A DNA stretch of 58,309 nucleotides, from assembly GCA_013203355.1 (NCBI GenBank), contig JABMQH010000075.1, positions 1 to 58,309 of the forward strand. Direction: 5' to 3'. Shown piece after piece: positions 28,601-34,760 of this stretch. The stretch is from Candidatus Omnitrophota bacterium (GTDB lineage: Bacteria > Omnitrophota > Gorgyraeia > JABMQH01). A model generated the notes under the pieces. It ran no database searches, was not told the DNA's origin, and was given only the letters and a program-made list of their open reading frames with translations. A program made the position numbers and the translations under genes. Each line of letters begins with the position of its first letter. The stretch's first letter is position 1.

Positions 28601-30863
28601 TACCGCGAAGACCGTGCATGCTCTTGACAAATAGCTCTGCCAATTTATCCACCCTCTCCTGTCGCGTTGCCCTTCGGCCCTTAGCGGTTCTTGACCATGC
28701 CTCAAACTCCCTCTTAAAAAGTGCGCTATCCGCTTCAGCTACAAGCGTTTTGGGTGCTTGTGCTTCCCCTCTTGTTACCTGAATCCCTGAGGCCTCTACA
28801 ACCCGGGCATATTGCGCTTCTGTTAGAATCTGAAGACCTACATTCTCCTGCTCTCCTACGACATCAGGATCAACTTCAATATCCGCAGGGGCTTCTTCTA
28901 AATTAAAATAACGGATAATTCTTTTTTCTCCAGCGATAGTGATAGGTATGTAATAGCGTCCGGTTCTATCTACCAAAAGATTGTCTATATCAAATGTTAG
29001 CGAACCAAGGGCTGCTCTAAGATTTTCTGCTTGGTCGTGCCGCAGGCTACCTACATACCCTGAAAACCATGTATCCCTTGCTTCATTTAATCTTTGCGTT
29101 AGGTCCGCGCTACTAATATTTGGATCTTCTTGCTTTAATTTATACACAAAGCCGCTTAAGAATAATAAAGCTACTTGCGTATTAAAATCTACTATCGCCT
29201 CGCTAGCAACAGGTGAATCTTTGGCCAGAAGTGAAGTTATGGCCAATTCATTTCTGTCGGTAGAAAACTTTTTTACATAAGGAATTTTTGTTCCTGAAAG
29301 AATTTTTAAATACGGGTTTTCTGTACTATGGCTTGTTATGCGCGGCGAAATCACTACATAAGATATGCCTCGCCCCCTTAGCCGCTCCGTTATCCCCTTT
29401 GTATGATAGCCACCAGTGATCAAGGCCATTACATCGACATTGCTTTCGTCCATCTTTTTAATTGTATTCTCGATTATGGCATCATCTCGCGTATCTGCTA
29501 TACGATAAAAGTCTTCTAAATCAGGCAGGTGTTTATCTATAAGAGAAAAATTTGGATCAGGGCGATATGGGATCCTATATTTTTTAGCCTTAGAATTTAT
29601 AAAGTCTATAAAGACAGCCGAGCGGAAGTTGGTTTTATTATTCGTGTAATACTCTACGTCTTTTTTCGACATAGAGATATCAAGCATATTTTCTAAAAGC
29701 TGTATGTGCTTCAAGAGCTTAGCAAGTGTGCGCTGATCCTCATTAGCAAAAAGCCCTTCCTTGATCAGATCTTCCAAAGCAACCATTTCCTCTAAAAGAC
29801 CTAAATTATCTATCCTTTCATAGATCATTAAATACGTGATATAGTGACTTAGGTTTGGATATTTATGAAGATCGATCTTTTTTACATAGGAGAGGTTTCT
29901 CAAATAGGCGTAATATACGGCTGCGCCAATTCGATTGGATTGAAAACTCGTGCTTTGCGTCAATAACTCTTCAAGCTCTTTTTTTGAAAGAATCTTTTCT
30001 AAAATAGAAATAACATCGGAGCGTTCACGGTCTACTTGATTGAAATTGATCTTCTTTTCTATATCGATAGTCTTATAAAGGAGTTTAAGGTTGGCAAATT
30101 CTTCTACGGGTACCTTCTTGGATTTTGCAAGCTTCCGCAGATAATTACAATAATCAATTAGGTTGATCTTCTCATTTTGGTACGCAGCGGCCTTTGCGTC
30201 TAAGCGCTTAAGCGTCTTTGAATAAATACGTTCCTTAAATTTACCTAACACCCTCTTTACGTTATCACATGCGGATATCATCGCCTCTCTGTCCGCTAAA
30301 GTATTGGTGAATGATGCAAGATTTGCTAAATAGTACTCTTTTGTCTCCACGCCATAAAGTTGTGGCGGGTTTTTAGAGGTTATCGCGAGAAACTCCGCAC
30401 CGTTTATCTTTCCCTTTTTCATAAAATAGGTTGCAACTTCTCTTCTGATGTCTTTATCCGGGAAAGCGGTAAATAAAGAAGGGTCTATTTCGCCTGTCGA
30501 TCCCTCAAGGCCGATAAATCTTAAACCATTTTCGTTTACAAGGGTATCTAAAATCTGAGAAATATTCGATTGTGCCTCAAAATTGCAGTGGGCATCTTGG
30601 ATGTTTATTACAAGCCTGCTCTTATTTCCCTTAAAAATCTCATGCACCCTACCTGCGCTCTCAGCAATTATGATCTTTTCGGGGTCAGTTATCTTAATTT
30701 GACGGGAAATTGAAAGGTCCCCTTCAACTTTCAGTTCCGGGGATTGAGATTGTGATGTTTCCATCATACCAGCAAGGCTTGCCTGGGTGGGATTTGTTAA
30801 CAGAAAGGAAAAAACAACAAGGAGAGAAATAATCCTGCACAAATATGTCTTCCTAAAACTCAT
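19614..30863 (-). CDS. 3749-aa signal-anchored multidomain protein. Domain order: unknown N-domain, degenerate C39-like domain, expanded GlmS-type amidotransferase (GATase plus SIS pair), second SIS-like pair, two DUF4954/left-handed beta-helix modules
   Basis: AAGGAGG 8 nt before the ATG. N-terminus is MSFRKTYLCRIISLLVVFSFLLTNPTQA. GlmS landmarks: Cys980 (GA-CGII), EYRG, GGHDRWATTG (W1392), HNGDLNPN (H1468), TDTKAL, GISWSGSTALTL, GELKWEE, and NLAKSVTV (ending at aa 2235), which matches the GlmS C-terminus. VHGPLAAV lies at H2705. Hexapeptide-repeat regions start at about aa 2869 and about aa 3380. Confidence 0.75.
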   Translation of the reverse strand: MSFRKTYLCRIISLLVVFSFLLTNPTQASLAGMMETSQSQSPELKVEGDLSISRQIKITDPEKIIIAESAGRVHEIFKGNKSRLVINIQDAHCNFEAQSNISQILDTLVNENGLRFIGLEGSTGEIDPSLFTAFPDKDIRREVATYFMKKGKINGAEFLAITSKNPPQLYGVETKEYYLANLASFTNTLADREAMISACDNVKRVLGKFKERIYSKTLKRLDAKAAAYQNEKINLIDYCNYLRKLAKSKKVPVEEFANLKLLYKTIDIEKKINFNQVDRERSDVISILEKILSKKELEELLTQSTSFQSNRIGAAVYYAYLRNLSYVKKIDLHKYPNLSHYITYLMIYERIDNLGLLEEMVALEDLIKEGLFANEDQRTLAKLLKHIQLLENMLDISMSKKDVEYYTNNKTNFRSAVFIDFINSKAKKYRIPYRPDPNFSLIDKHLPDLEDFYRIADTRDDAIIENTIKKMDESNVDVMALITGGYHTKGITERLRGRGISYVVISPRITSHSTENPYLKILSGTKIPYVKKFSTDRNELAITSLLAKDSPVASEAIVDFNTQVALLFLSGFVYKLKQEDPNISSADLTQRLNEARDTWFSGYVGSLRHDQAENLRAALGSLTFDIDNLLVDRTGRYYIPITIAGEKRIIRYFNLEEAPADIEVDPDVVGEQENVGLQILTEAQYARVVEASGIQVTRGEAQAPKTLVAEADSALFKREFEAWSRTAKGRRATRQERVDKLAELFVKSMHGLRGSPDNWLLEIVAALNPGNTALQATARKEWDRLNRRLAEACGPQALHDALHNPQHASPLFTGRYSSPSHVSNDISALFLTAIDMSESEGKVAHIDAEGRLYHTAFALAELGELIGVGMAPTANGFELLRHLATGQQRFIAHVKRNASDPEGNHYVEVESISESEITYRDNGIQQTEPIGDFIQRWTGNILVNGELGDELKLLQPVMQARDAGFRLLEGADLKRIRGACGIITTIGAGFGKHLGSMRQMEYRGSDDVGISTNDEFGTRVNKVMGGSEEMARAIYMRGQGLEERAMHYLYENREAVVSDCEDPQLEIALLKLYDHKPLTDQDLAALHEKWRNLNRKERQEINRRVTAARQTLRTHQNIAVTAHSDFSAPEMYTRELDAAGHVVKNKAIGVGQMGFSPVGLAVDFFGGREYKIRNNIPALVRRLKDKHQLDIEYIKYFIKFELEEAITAAEQAMGQHPEHIEAKIAELVMTYERVIDRVIRGEEVPAGDQVRWDAIKQFLNGRFVRVPAIFSLDPVRHLFRLQSSLIGTFTVRTEDRGEVEKNYRTLLRTKGVKDWRTKDWFTDWREEARLNMVGRASEALTIWFQRESVVPANPGNAKIAVIRKYGIELGTLDSITLGYMSNIDYIGGHDRWATTGSNEKKDGQPHTDTGRVSGLRASAIASIVKDLPTHNGDGGQPLSSRERLQECLKRAKALPAEERGRATRIMAHNGDLNPNIVAAMVEFLEARGYDFMTEDGERILTDTKALIVFWEYVRDAAALDSMAISGEESRRSDETQEYTDTDSPHNFLEGNVQIATGEEMTLAALWNEIVKTSKKTRFMSPDEIALRVALTVFGPESEISEIAADVRSLHMPDKHIIVSHERPLYVVIRTEVVKGKVVDAKYQVTSDPSSALRLWDTQQIDADVRDLNQIDEDGMAAVDEARAARDAALEVLAGKQAELGASYEPQVAQAIEAFNIRVREIDKEVETKKDVIRNKYSARVVTLKGKQKVVSISKRLNEATDDWEVNLEYTKFLGTPIDPTTTDEIKDEEDLIPIDIADKGKFRTYAEKHINEIPWIVLRSVANYIQPDGTVDMSMEKVKGVFKRYGIDIDELKARFGENLEGLERMFITGIGSSERDAKCVQRLFKTLLPGVEIIPVGPGHLVSTNQHYDEKHDFVVGISWSGSTALTLDALTQAKDSHGVCTASLTGKPKSDIGTLTADSAGTIHVKTGEERAVFTTKGFLGILFDLGILGVQLSQMRDGALQEEQRQQVQAERMTIVQQQQQMPEILTAQVRDPQLDPEDPNSWIMAEGKRYRNGSGALVFGSKHNNPIIEEGELKWEETRWILGKAYDYGEDTAWNLLEFIAKNKLRWPIVIQVTDPTRFDEALALIRRCKELGLDFIVQTFNEDDFEGDEKNEFWEQLQTLKQEAGIDPVAEGGDGRDRVQIFGVDRVHPALQAVVDATFFFKSAVAFARQAGLSDTEIDSSRNLAKSVTVKGIKVPGVLYEMFQYMSELQGVAIEELVVQHQQAIAAYWATLAKSIDKAIARLPLVYDNVTRRCLPNTVGGMAGYSTFNDSAIKQFGPENIKKVVVITEEVVDGNTAAIMAAGPLGHADFRITGAGLFDRPKDPATGTPMETQTVGNVAVNGEYYTVTFNFRTRNFYIQKTKHGQPIGGPIEINGIGEDGVKKVKGEDQLIEFATVDEGQFSREFQQQLKAFFDGREYKITANKTQGLVFEAVKPTLAGVNVIVHNPRDYDLASDIDENTVVVVLRRSNNRPWGRNAEIPDIEDPVEGRNADQQAVPGDAIGEELILQVLEENVPEGTPIFAITDGRSPGVLAYGNNSFGSIVLPNDLDATSTTGMYYMSLMSFGVYLGWQKGSLNMKDYEVGLTSARELSRQVVTNEAQIGRLRQRLVDLRRNKFDMQHRTVQIIGGGQDYASALVWGSMLHRIAGVEAEALPVDESVHGPLAAVWNTVKKFLDQINKAGRNSEFTPHPTEAPASKYQDALVVVLGTDSRTLTAAVVDANRNDTRAASLIVVVKESDVQDGAEAKPAVDFLENRGALILTIPDSPNELTNFSQMTLATIFANELNRSTSSEFSFARLTAGTPVVEAAVAMPPAERAERMAKLNLTDNGHYYETQQGGMIAKDVDLRNIDETAFIGSGSIVTGMKTVIGSDVRISENSVVANSIVEQGAQIKRSKLDDVDVEKRAIISDSTLKTVEKKKKWGYADSEYRVANDRTVIETEAKVTGQSNLINTRVGKGSVVEESDVSHSEIGRQCNIVRAKVELVHAEDLVNIIGPTEVAESWLGWGLEIKRMAFVTGVFTNKVLALDLQGDNVVPEFIEGLPNVSPVGEYAIFSDYQGEKAVAQGDYVTRITGVGDISDHGTVFVKPSCIIAPDTRIIALSRQLDLTTWEHAMEPNLTVINPFSVAAHQGREVWGQILPGEARHGLSPRDTTPGWTFTYSPHAIIRMMENMVTKVHAKAKLDDTDPDEVLKVLDDFPEKMLRTGMVICTKALSALEPLIAAEGDGSEAKAKLEARRDTLQQALALYKTHLDSRAWEFRNGKFISEWNYDAATAMYTSDRCKPLLTKLIADGLIANHHQYAQTMMPQILDVRRQGVAREPIRTDIVKTQALRSRTQITYVDAAVEVHPTARLLPGTRLTGNTVIGPGVTVWGSHLDNVTVGANSEIENCVGENVTIGENNKHSNSRIRNSQLGDDVTSSHNLIERNTAADGTKFEPRAVVVGGRSAGTIGSPFIDSTVGTELTNGATGLADHHMATAIRNTDFPEIKAEIDGETVYVANVANIGGGSTIGITGAKERVVIESAFIASDTDIAAGARVGFCAYVKNGIRKDENVLAFTFKNGPGLENDEIGGVLDMPGVIFRHLISKTKAAMPEDQRHLVDKLMVAKIKEALEICQAMLADPDQNPGYTQEQLERGIARFTTHLSEGRWEMANDEFTKGRWLRLSPEGAGKVEYQWVPNGKPKQPAAGAAGLDDLGKGPEQTAENI

Positions 30864-30941
30864 ATATACGTCCTCCTTACTTTCTTAGGGAACTCCCTTA
30901 CATAACCTATTATTATACCGTTATAATAAGGTCTGCGTATA

Positions 30942-30969
30942 AGTATAGCATATACAAGGCAAATGTCAA
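30942..30969 (-). promoter_or_regulatory. sigma70-type promoter of the 3749-aa gene
   Basis: On the minus strand: TTGACA (30969-30964), a 16-nt spacer, then TATACT (30947-30942). A 5' UTR of about 75 nt follows, with a small AGGGAgtTCCCT hairpin and AAGGAGG. Confidence 0.55.
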
Positions 30970-31106
30970 GAAAAACTTGCTAACTTTTTTAACTCCTAAC
31001 TAACTTGTACCGTTTTGCCACAGTTTCCTATTTGGGCTCGAAATAGTTCCCGATACCAGTGTGAAACAGTTTCTGGCGCCAATTAGAAGCTGTTTCGTAT
31101 TGGTAC

Positions 31107-31136
31107 TTGACAGAGGGGTATGGCTTCTTGTAGAAT
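31107..31136 (+). promoter_or_regulatory. sigma70-type promoter of the MtnX-like gene; very short leader
   Basis: TTGACA (31107-31112), an 18-nt spacer, TAGAAT (31131-31136), then ATG 12 nt downstream with no Shine-Dalgarno sequence. Confidence 0.5.
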
Positions 31137-31148
31137 AAAGCGCTTAAT

Positions 31149-31814
31149 ATGAGAAAGATAATCGTGATCTCGGATTTTGACGGAACAATCACAGCAAAGG
31201 ATTCGCTTGTTGAGATATTAAACAAATTCGCAAGCCCGGAGTGGCATAAGATCGCAAGGCTTATAAATAAAGGCCGCCTTGGTACCCGAATCGGCCTGCG
31301 AAAAGAATTCAATTTATGCAAAGTCACCAGAAAGGAATTCGTAAATTTTCTTATCAAAAACATAAAGATCGATACAACCTTTAAAAACTTTTTACAATTC
31401 TGCAGAAAAAATAAATTCAGATTCCTGGTTGTAAGCGGCGGCTTCGGGCTTAATATTAAAACCATCTTTAAAAAATTCGGGATCAAGAACATACCTTTTT
31501 ACGCCAATGCAATAAAGTTCAATGAGGACGTAGCCGAGTTAAAATTCCCTCCCGAAGCTAAGACCTGCAAAACATGCAGCCATTGCAAGGCGCCTTATAT
31601 AGGACAATTTAAAAAGAAGGGTTATTTCACTATTTATATCGGGGATAGTGTAACGGACCGCTGCCCTGCAAGGGTCGCTGACTTAGTATTCGCCAAGCAT
31701 CAGCTGGCTGAATATTGCAAGGCCAAAGGCATTAAGTATATTCCTTATAATACCTTTGGCCAGATAAAGAAATATCTTACTTCTTGCTCTTTACAGCCTC
31801 GGAAGCGACACTAA
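31149..31814 (+). CDS. HAD-IB phosphatase of the MtnX (2-hydroxy-3-keto-5-methylthiopentenyl-1-phosphate phosphatase) family
   Basis: IVISDFDGTITAKDSLVEILNKFASPEWHKI closely resembles the B. subtilis MtnX N-terminus. The Cys cluster CKTCSHCKAPY and IGDSVTDRCPA..DLVFAK also match. No other methionine-salvage genes are nearby. The 3' end overlaps the convergent DUF4954 gene by 38 nt. Confidence 0.65.
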   Translation: MRKIIVISDFDGTITAKDSLVEILNKFASPEWHKIARLINKGRLGTRIGLRKEFNLCKVTRKEFVNFLIKNIKIDTTFKNFLQFCRKNKFRFLVVSGGFGLNIKTIFKKFGIKNIPFYANAIKFNEDVAELKFPPEAKTCKTCSHCKAPYIGQFKKKGYFTIYIGDSVTDRCPARVADLVFAKHQLAEYCKAKGIKYIPYNTFGQIKKYLTSCSLQPRKRH

Positions 31815-33690
31815 TAGTCTCAAGAAGCTTTTCCACTTCTTTTTTAAGCTGCGCGGTTTCCTGGTGAGTTTGCTTTACAAAGCTATCCTCGGCAGCTGGT
31901 GCATGTGCCTCCGGATAGTCGTCTATAATACGAGCCCCTCTTATATCATCCTTCTCTTTTGAAACCTGCACATCTCTGGCGATCTTCTCCTGCATCGAAA
32001 CTAAGAGCTTCAGGTTTTCTTCAATGCTGTTGCTGGACAGCTCTTGGTTCAAAATCGCCCTCTCGTGTTCCCATCTGGGATCCTGGGTCTTTTTGGTCAA
32101 GGTGTCTTTTGCTTTTTTGTTGGCCTCAAGCTGTTTTTTTAACCCCATAAGAGCATAATACCTTATATAAAAAGTATAGGCCTCAATACCTGCCTTGCGG
32201 GATCTTTCCAGCATATAGCTCTTACCTATCCCCTTTATATCTTTATCCGTATAGAGCTCTTTTTTCTGCTTAACGTCTTCCAGCCTCTTTCTTGCATCAA
32301 TCATAAGATCTACTATCTCGGGCCTGAAGACCTCAAATTCAATCTTTGCCCGTTTTGCCTTATTTCTCTTTTTGTATTTACCTTCATTTCTCCTGACTGT
32401 AAATATGTTATCGCTCAATACCCATCCCGGCATGATCTCATTATATGCGGGGGATATCTTCTCAATGGTTGCAGCGGATGAATTAATAAGAGAAAACGGG
32501 AATGTAACCTTTTGTGGAAGCGCATTCACGGCAGTTGCAATAATCGAATAGGGTGCCTTTGTGAAATCTGATGGAAATTTTATATTTACGCCTAAGCCAA
32601 AGAAGGTGCCTTCTCCCGCCCATAATTCCTGGTCGGGTGCTTTTGAGGTATGGTTTGAACCAACGTTTGCTCCATAGCCAACGTTACCTTTACCTTCCGG
32701 CCAGAATGCCGCGATCAAAAGGGCCTGATGATGAAAGCCTACAAATGGGCCAACCAAACAAGCAGTAACCTCTCCCTCGGCAATACCGGTGTTTGCTCCT
32801 ATGATGGAATCCGTGACCTTCCCATGACGCTCAACATGAGAATGCTCTACCAAAACAGAGTTGGCGACTATTGCCATCGAGGTAACCTCGCAACCCCATT
32901 GGATAAGCGAACCTTTTACATAAGCGCCATCGGAAATCTCGGTTTCCTCTGCCTCGCTACTTAAGATCATTGAATTAAGAATCGTCTCAGCGCTATCTAT
33001 TGCGGCATGCTTTCCTATATAAGTATTCGAGATTTTCTTTATATTCTTTACCTTTGCGCCTTCTTCGATAATTCCTTTATCCTGCTTAATTTGTTCAATG
33101 TATTTGTCTACGGAGTTGCTGTATTCCTCCAGGAATTTCTTATCAGCTCTGGAGGCCGCTACCTTGGAGGCTACTTCTATGGTTATTTCAGCATAGGTCT
33201 TTACTTCTCTGCCACCTGTCTCAATGGCAATTGGTAATTCCGAACCATTACCGAATGTGTTTTCCTTTTTTGCGGAAATAACACCGCAGTTAAAGACAAC
33301 GGTGTTATCTGCGACAATATAATTAGATAAAGTCTTTACATCTTGTATAAGTACTCCGTCGCCTATATTGGAATCAATTACTATGGAGTTAAATATTCCG
33401 GAGGGGACCTTGGTGCCTTTTGCGATCTCTACGTTTCCGGATAATTTGCCTATAGTCACCTCACCTGAAAAATAATTGCGCCTTATCCTTGATATATCAA
33501 TACCCTTGGCAACCTTTATCTTTTTCCAGTCCTCGGCACAATTGCCGTTCGCCTTTAATTTATCTATCTCTGCCTTGGTAAGCGAGGCGGTTGCCTTCTT
33601 GGCAATTTTCTTTGAGCCTTGTATGCTTTTTATAATTTCGGATTTGGTTATAAGCCCCTTTAATTCACTTAATACTTCTTTGGTGCCCAT
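31777..33690 (-). CDS. DUF4954-family left-handed beta-helix protein
   Basis: 637 aa. It starts with LTKAEIDKLKANGNCAEDWKKIKVAKG..IRRNYFSGEVTIGKL, continues with long imperfect hexapeptide repeats, and ends in a helical C-terminal region. This matches DUF4954 proteins as I remember them and needs HMM confirmation. Confidence 0.55.
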   Translation of the reverse strand: MGTKEVLSELKGLITKSEIIKSIQGSKKIAKKATASLTKAEIDKLKANGNCAEDWKKIKVAKGIDISRIRRNYFSGEVTIGKLSGNVEIAKGTKVPSGIFNSIVIDSNIGDGVLIQDVKTLSNYIVADNTVVFNCGVISAKKENTFGNGSELPIAIETGGREVKTYAEITIEVASKVAASRADKKFLEEYSNSVDKYIEQIKQDKGIIEEGAKVKNIKKISNTYIGKHAAIDSAETILNSMILSSEAEETEISDGAYVKGSLIQWGCEVTSMAIVANSVLVEHSHVERHGKVTDSIIGANTGIAEGEVTACLVGPFVGFHHQALLIAAFWPEGKGNVGYGANVGSNHTSKAPDQELWAGEGTFFGLGVNIKFPSDFTKAPYSIIATAVNALPQKVTFPFSLINSSAATIEKISPAYNEIMPGWVLSDNIFTVRRNEGKYKKRNKAKRAKIEFEVFRPEIVDLMIDARKRLEDVKQKKELYTDKDIKGIGKSYMLERSRKAGIEAYTFYIRYYALMGLKKQLEANKKAKDTLTKKTQDPRWEHERAILNQELSSNSIEENLKLLVSMQEKIARDVQVSKEKDDIRGARIIDDYPEAHAPAAEDSFVKQTHQETAQLKKEVEKLLETISVASEAVKSKK

Positions 33691-33707
33691 ATTTCTCCCT
33701 TCGTCTT

Positions 33708-33762
33708 AAATAGGGACGATCCCTTCTGCCTCTATCTTTAGGTTAGGGAGCCGTCCCTATTT
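33708..33762 (-). other. long intergenic stem-loop between nagB and the DUF4954 gene
   Basis: AAATAGGGACG (33708-33718) pairs with CGTCCCTATTT (33752-33762): an 11 bp perfect stem, with further TCCCT/AGGGA pairing inside the 33-nt loop. It ends 6 nt upstream of the DUF4954 RBS. Confidence 0.4.
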
Positions 33763-33803
33763 ATACATTCAGCAATGACGATGAACAATAAACTCTATGC
33801 TAA

Positions 33804-34574
33804 TTACTTACAGCCGCAGCAGCCAGAAGTCGGTGCTTCGTATTGCTTCTTTAAATTGCTGGCAGCATCTTTATCAACTACAAACGTAGTGTTTTTGTGT
33901 GCCTGTAAGAGCGAAGCAGGTACCTGCTCGGTTGGTGAACCTTCAATTGACTTTGCGATCGCATCCGCCTTTGAGGTCTTATCGGCAATAAGGACTATCT
34001 CCTTTGCCTCTAAGATAGTGCCGTTACCCATCGAAAGGGCCTGTTTCGGCACTTCATTTGCGCTCTTGAAAAATCTTGCGTTATCCTCAATAGTCGTCTT
34101 GGTTAAATCAACAACCCTTGTCCTTGAATCTTTTGCTGAACCGGGTTCATTGAAGGCGATATGGCCGTTTCCACCTATCCCAAGCAATTGAATGTCAATA
34201 CCGCCGGCCTTTTTTATTGCCTCTTCGTAGGCCTTGCACTCAGCAGCCGGGTCTTTTGCTACACCGCTTAATACGTGCGTATTGGCCTTGTTGATGTTGA
34301 TGTGGTCGAAAAGGTTGGTATTCATGAAGTATCTGTAGCTCTGGTCGTGCTCCGAGGTTATCCCTAGGTACTCATCCAGATTGAAAGATCTCACGTTTGA
34401 AAAATCAAGGCCTTCCTCCTTGTGTATACGGATTAGCTCCTTATACATCTTGACAGGCGTCCCACCTGTTGCAAGCCCTAATATGATATTGGGCTTTTTC
34501 TTAATCCTCTCTGCGAAGATTCGAGCAGCTGCTTTGCTCATCTCGTCAGAACTCTTGCAAACAATAACTTTCAT
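33804..34574 (-). CDS. nagB: glucosamine-6-phosphate deaminase
   Basis: ILGLATGGTPVKMY, FNLDEY and GIGGNGHIAFNEPGS signatures, with AAAGGAGA before the ATG. It has an unusual C-terminal tail ..APTSGCCGCK. Confidence 0.85.
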   Translation of the reverse strand: MKVIVCKSSDEMSKAAARIFAERIKKKPNIILGLATGGTPVKMYKELIRIHKEEGLDFSNVRSFNLDEYLGITSEHDQSYRYFMNTNLFDHININKANTHVLSGVAKDPAAECKAYEEAIKKAGGIDIQLLGIGGNGHIAFNEPGSAKDSRTRVVDLTKTTIEDNARFFKSANEVPKQALSMGNGTILEAKEIVLIADKTSKADAIAKSIEGSPTEQVPASLLQAHKNTTFVVDKDAASNLKKQYEAPTSGCCGCK

Positions 34575-34760
34575 TGCGGTTCTCCTTTCCCTGTTAATAA
34601 AGTTTGAGCTTATGAACTTATCATATTAAGAAAAATTTGTCAATAATTTTCTGGGGACGGCATGCGGAGAAACAGGCTATCTGTTTATAACTCCTTATAC
34701 TTAAAGATGTTGCGGTAAGTACTCCTATAATAGGATGTCCCCTTTAGAACTGTCCCACTG

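Noticed and set aside
19915-30000. Dozens of 60-190-aa plus-strand ORFs in the track lie inside the 3749-aa gene. Similar ORFs lie inside the 1728-, 1107- and >2051-aa genes (for example 19915-20475, 26017-26400, 43700-44185, 49881-50303 and 57533-58021).
   Set aside because: They lie antisense to long ORFs rich in conserved motifs. Their products are low-complexity (Ser/Pro/Leu-rich), they have no RBS, and they carry no recognisable motifs. This is typical shadow-ORF behaviour.
29274-30863. Assigning the N-terminal ~530 aa of the 3749-aa protein to the TIKI/TraB/ChaN superfamily (IQDAHCN .. GLEG .. ITGGYHTKG).
   Set aside because: Only a two-motif resemblance (xxxH and GxxH) supports it, which is too weak without a profile or structure search. 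I leave the domain as unknown.
31028-31492. A 154-aa minus-strand ORF overlapping the MtnX-like gene and its promoter.
   Set aside because: The opposite strand encodes a protein with clear HAD/MtnX motifs and has a consensus promoter. The 154-aa product is Leu/Phe/Lys-rich with no motifs.
34615-34643. Promoter upstream of nagB (TTGACA, 17-nt spacer, TAAGTT).
   Set aside because: The -35 is perfect, but the best-spaced -10 matches only 3 of 6 positions. This is not strong enough to list as a feature.
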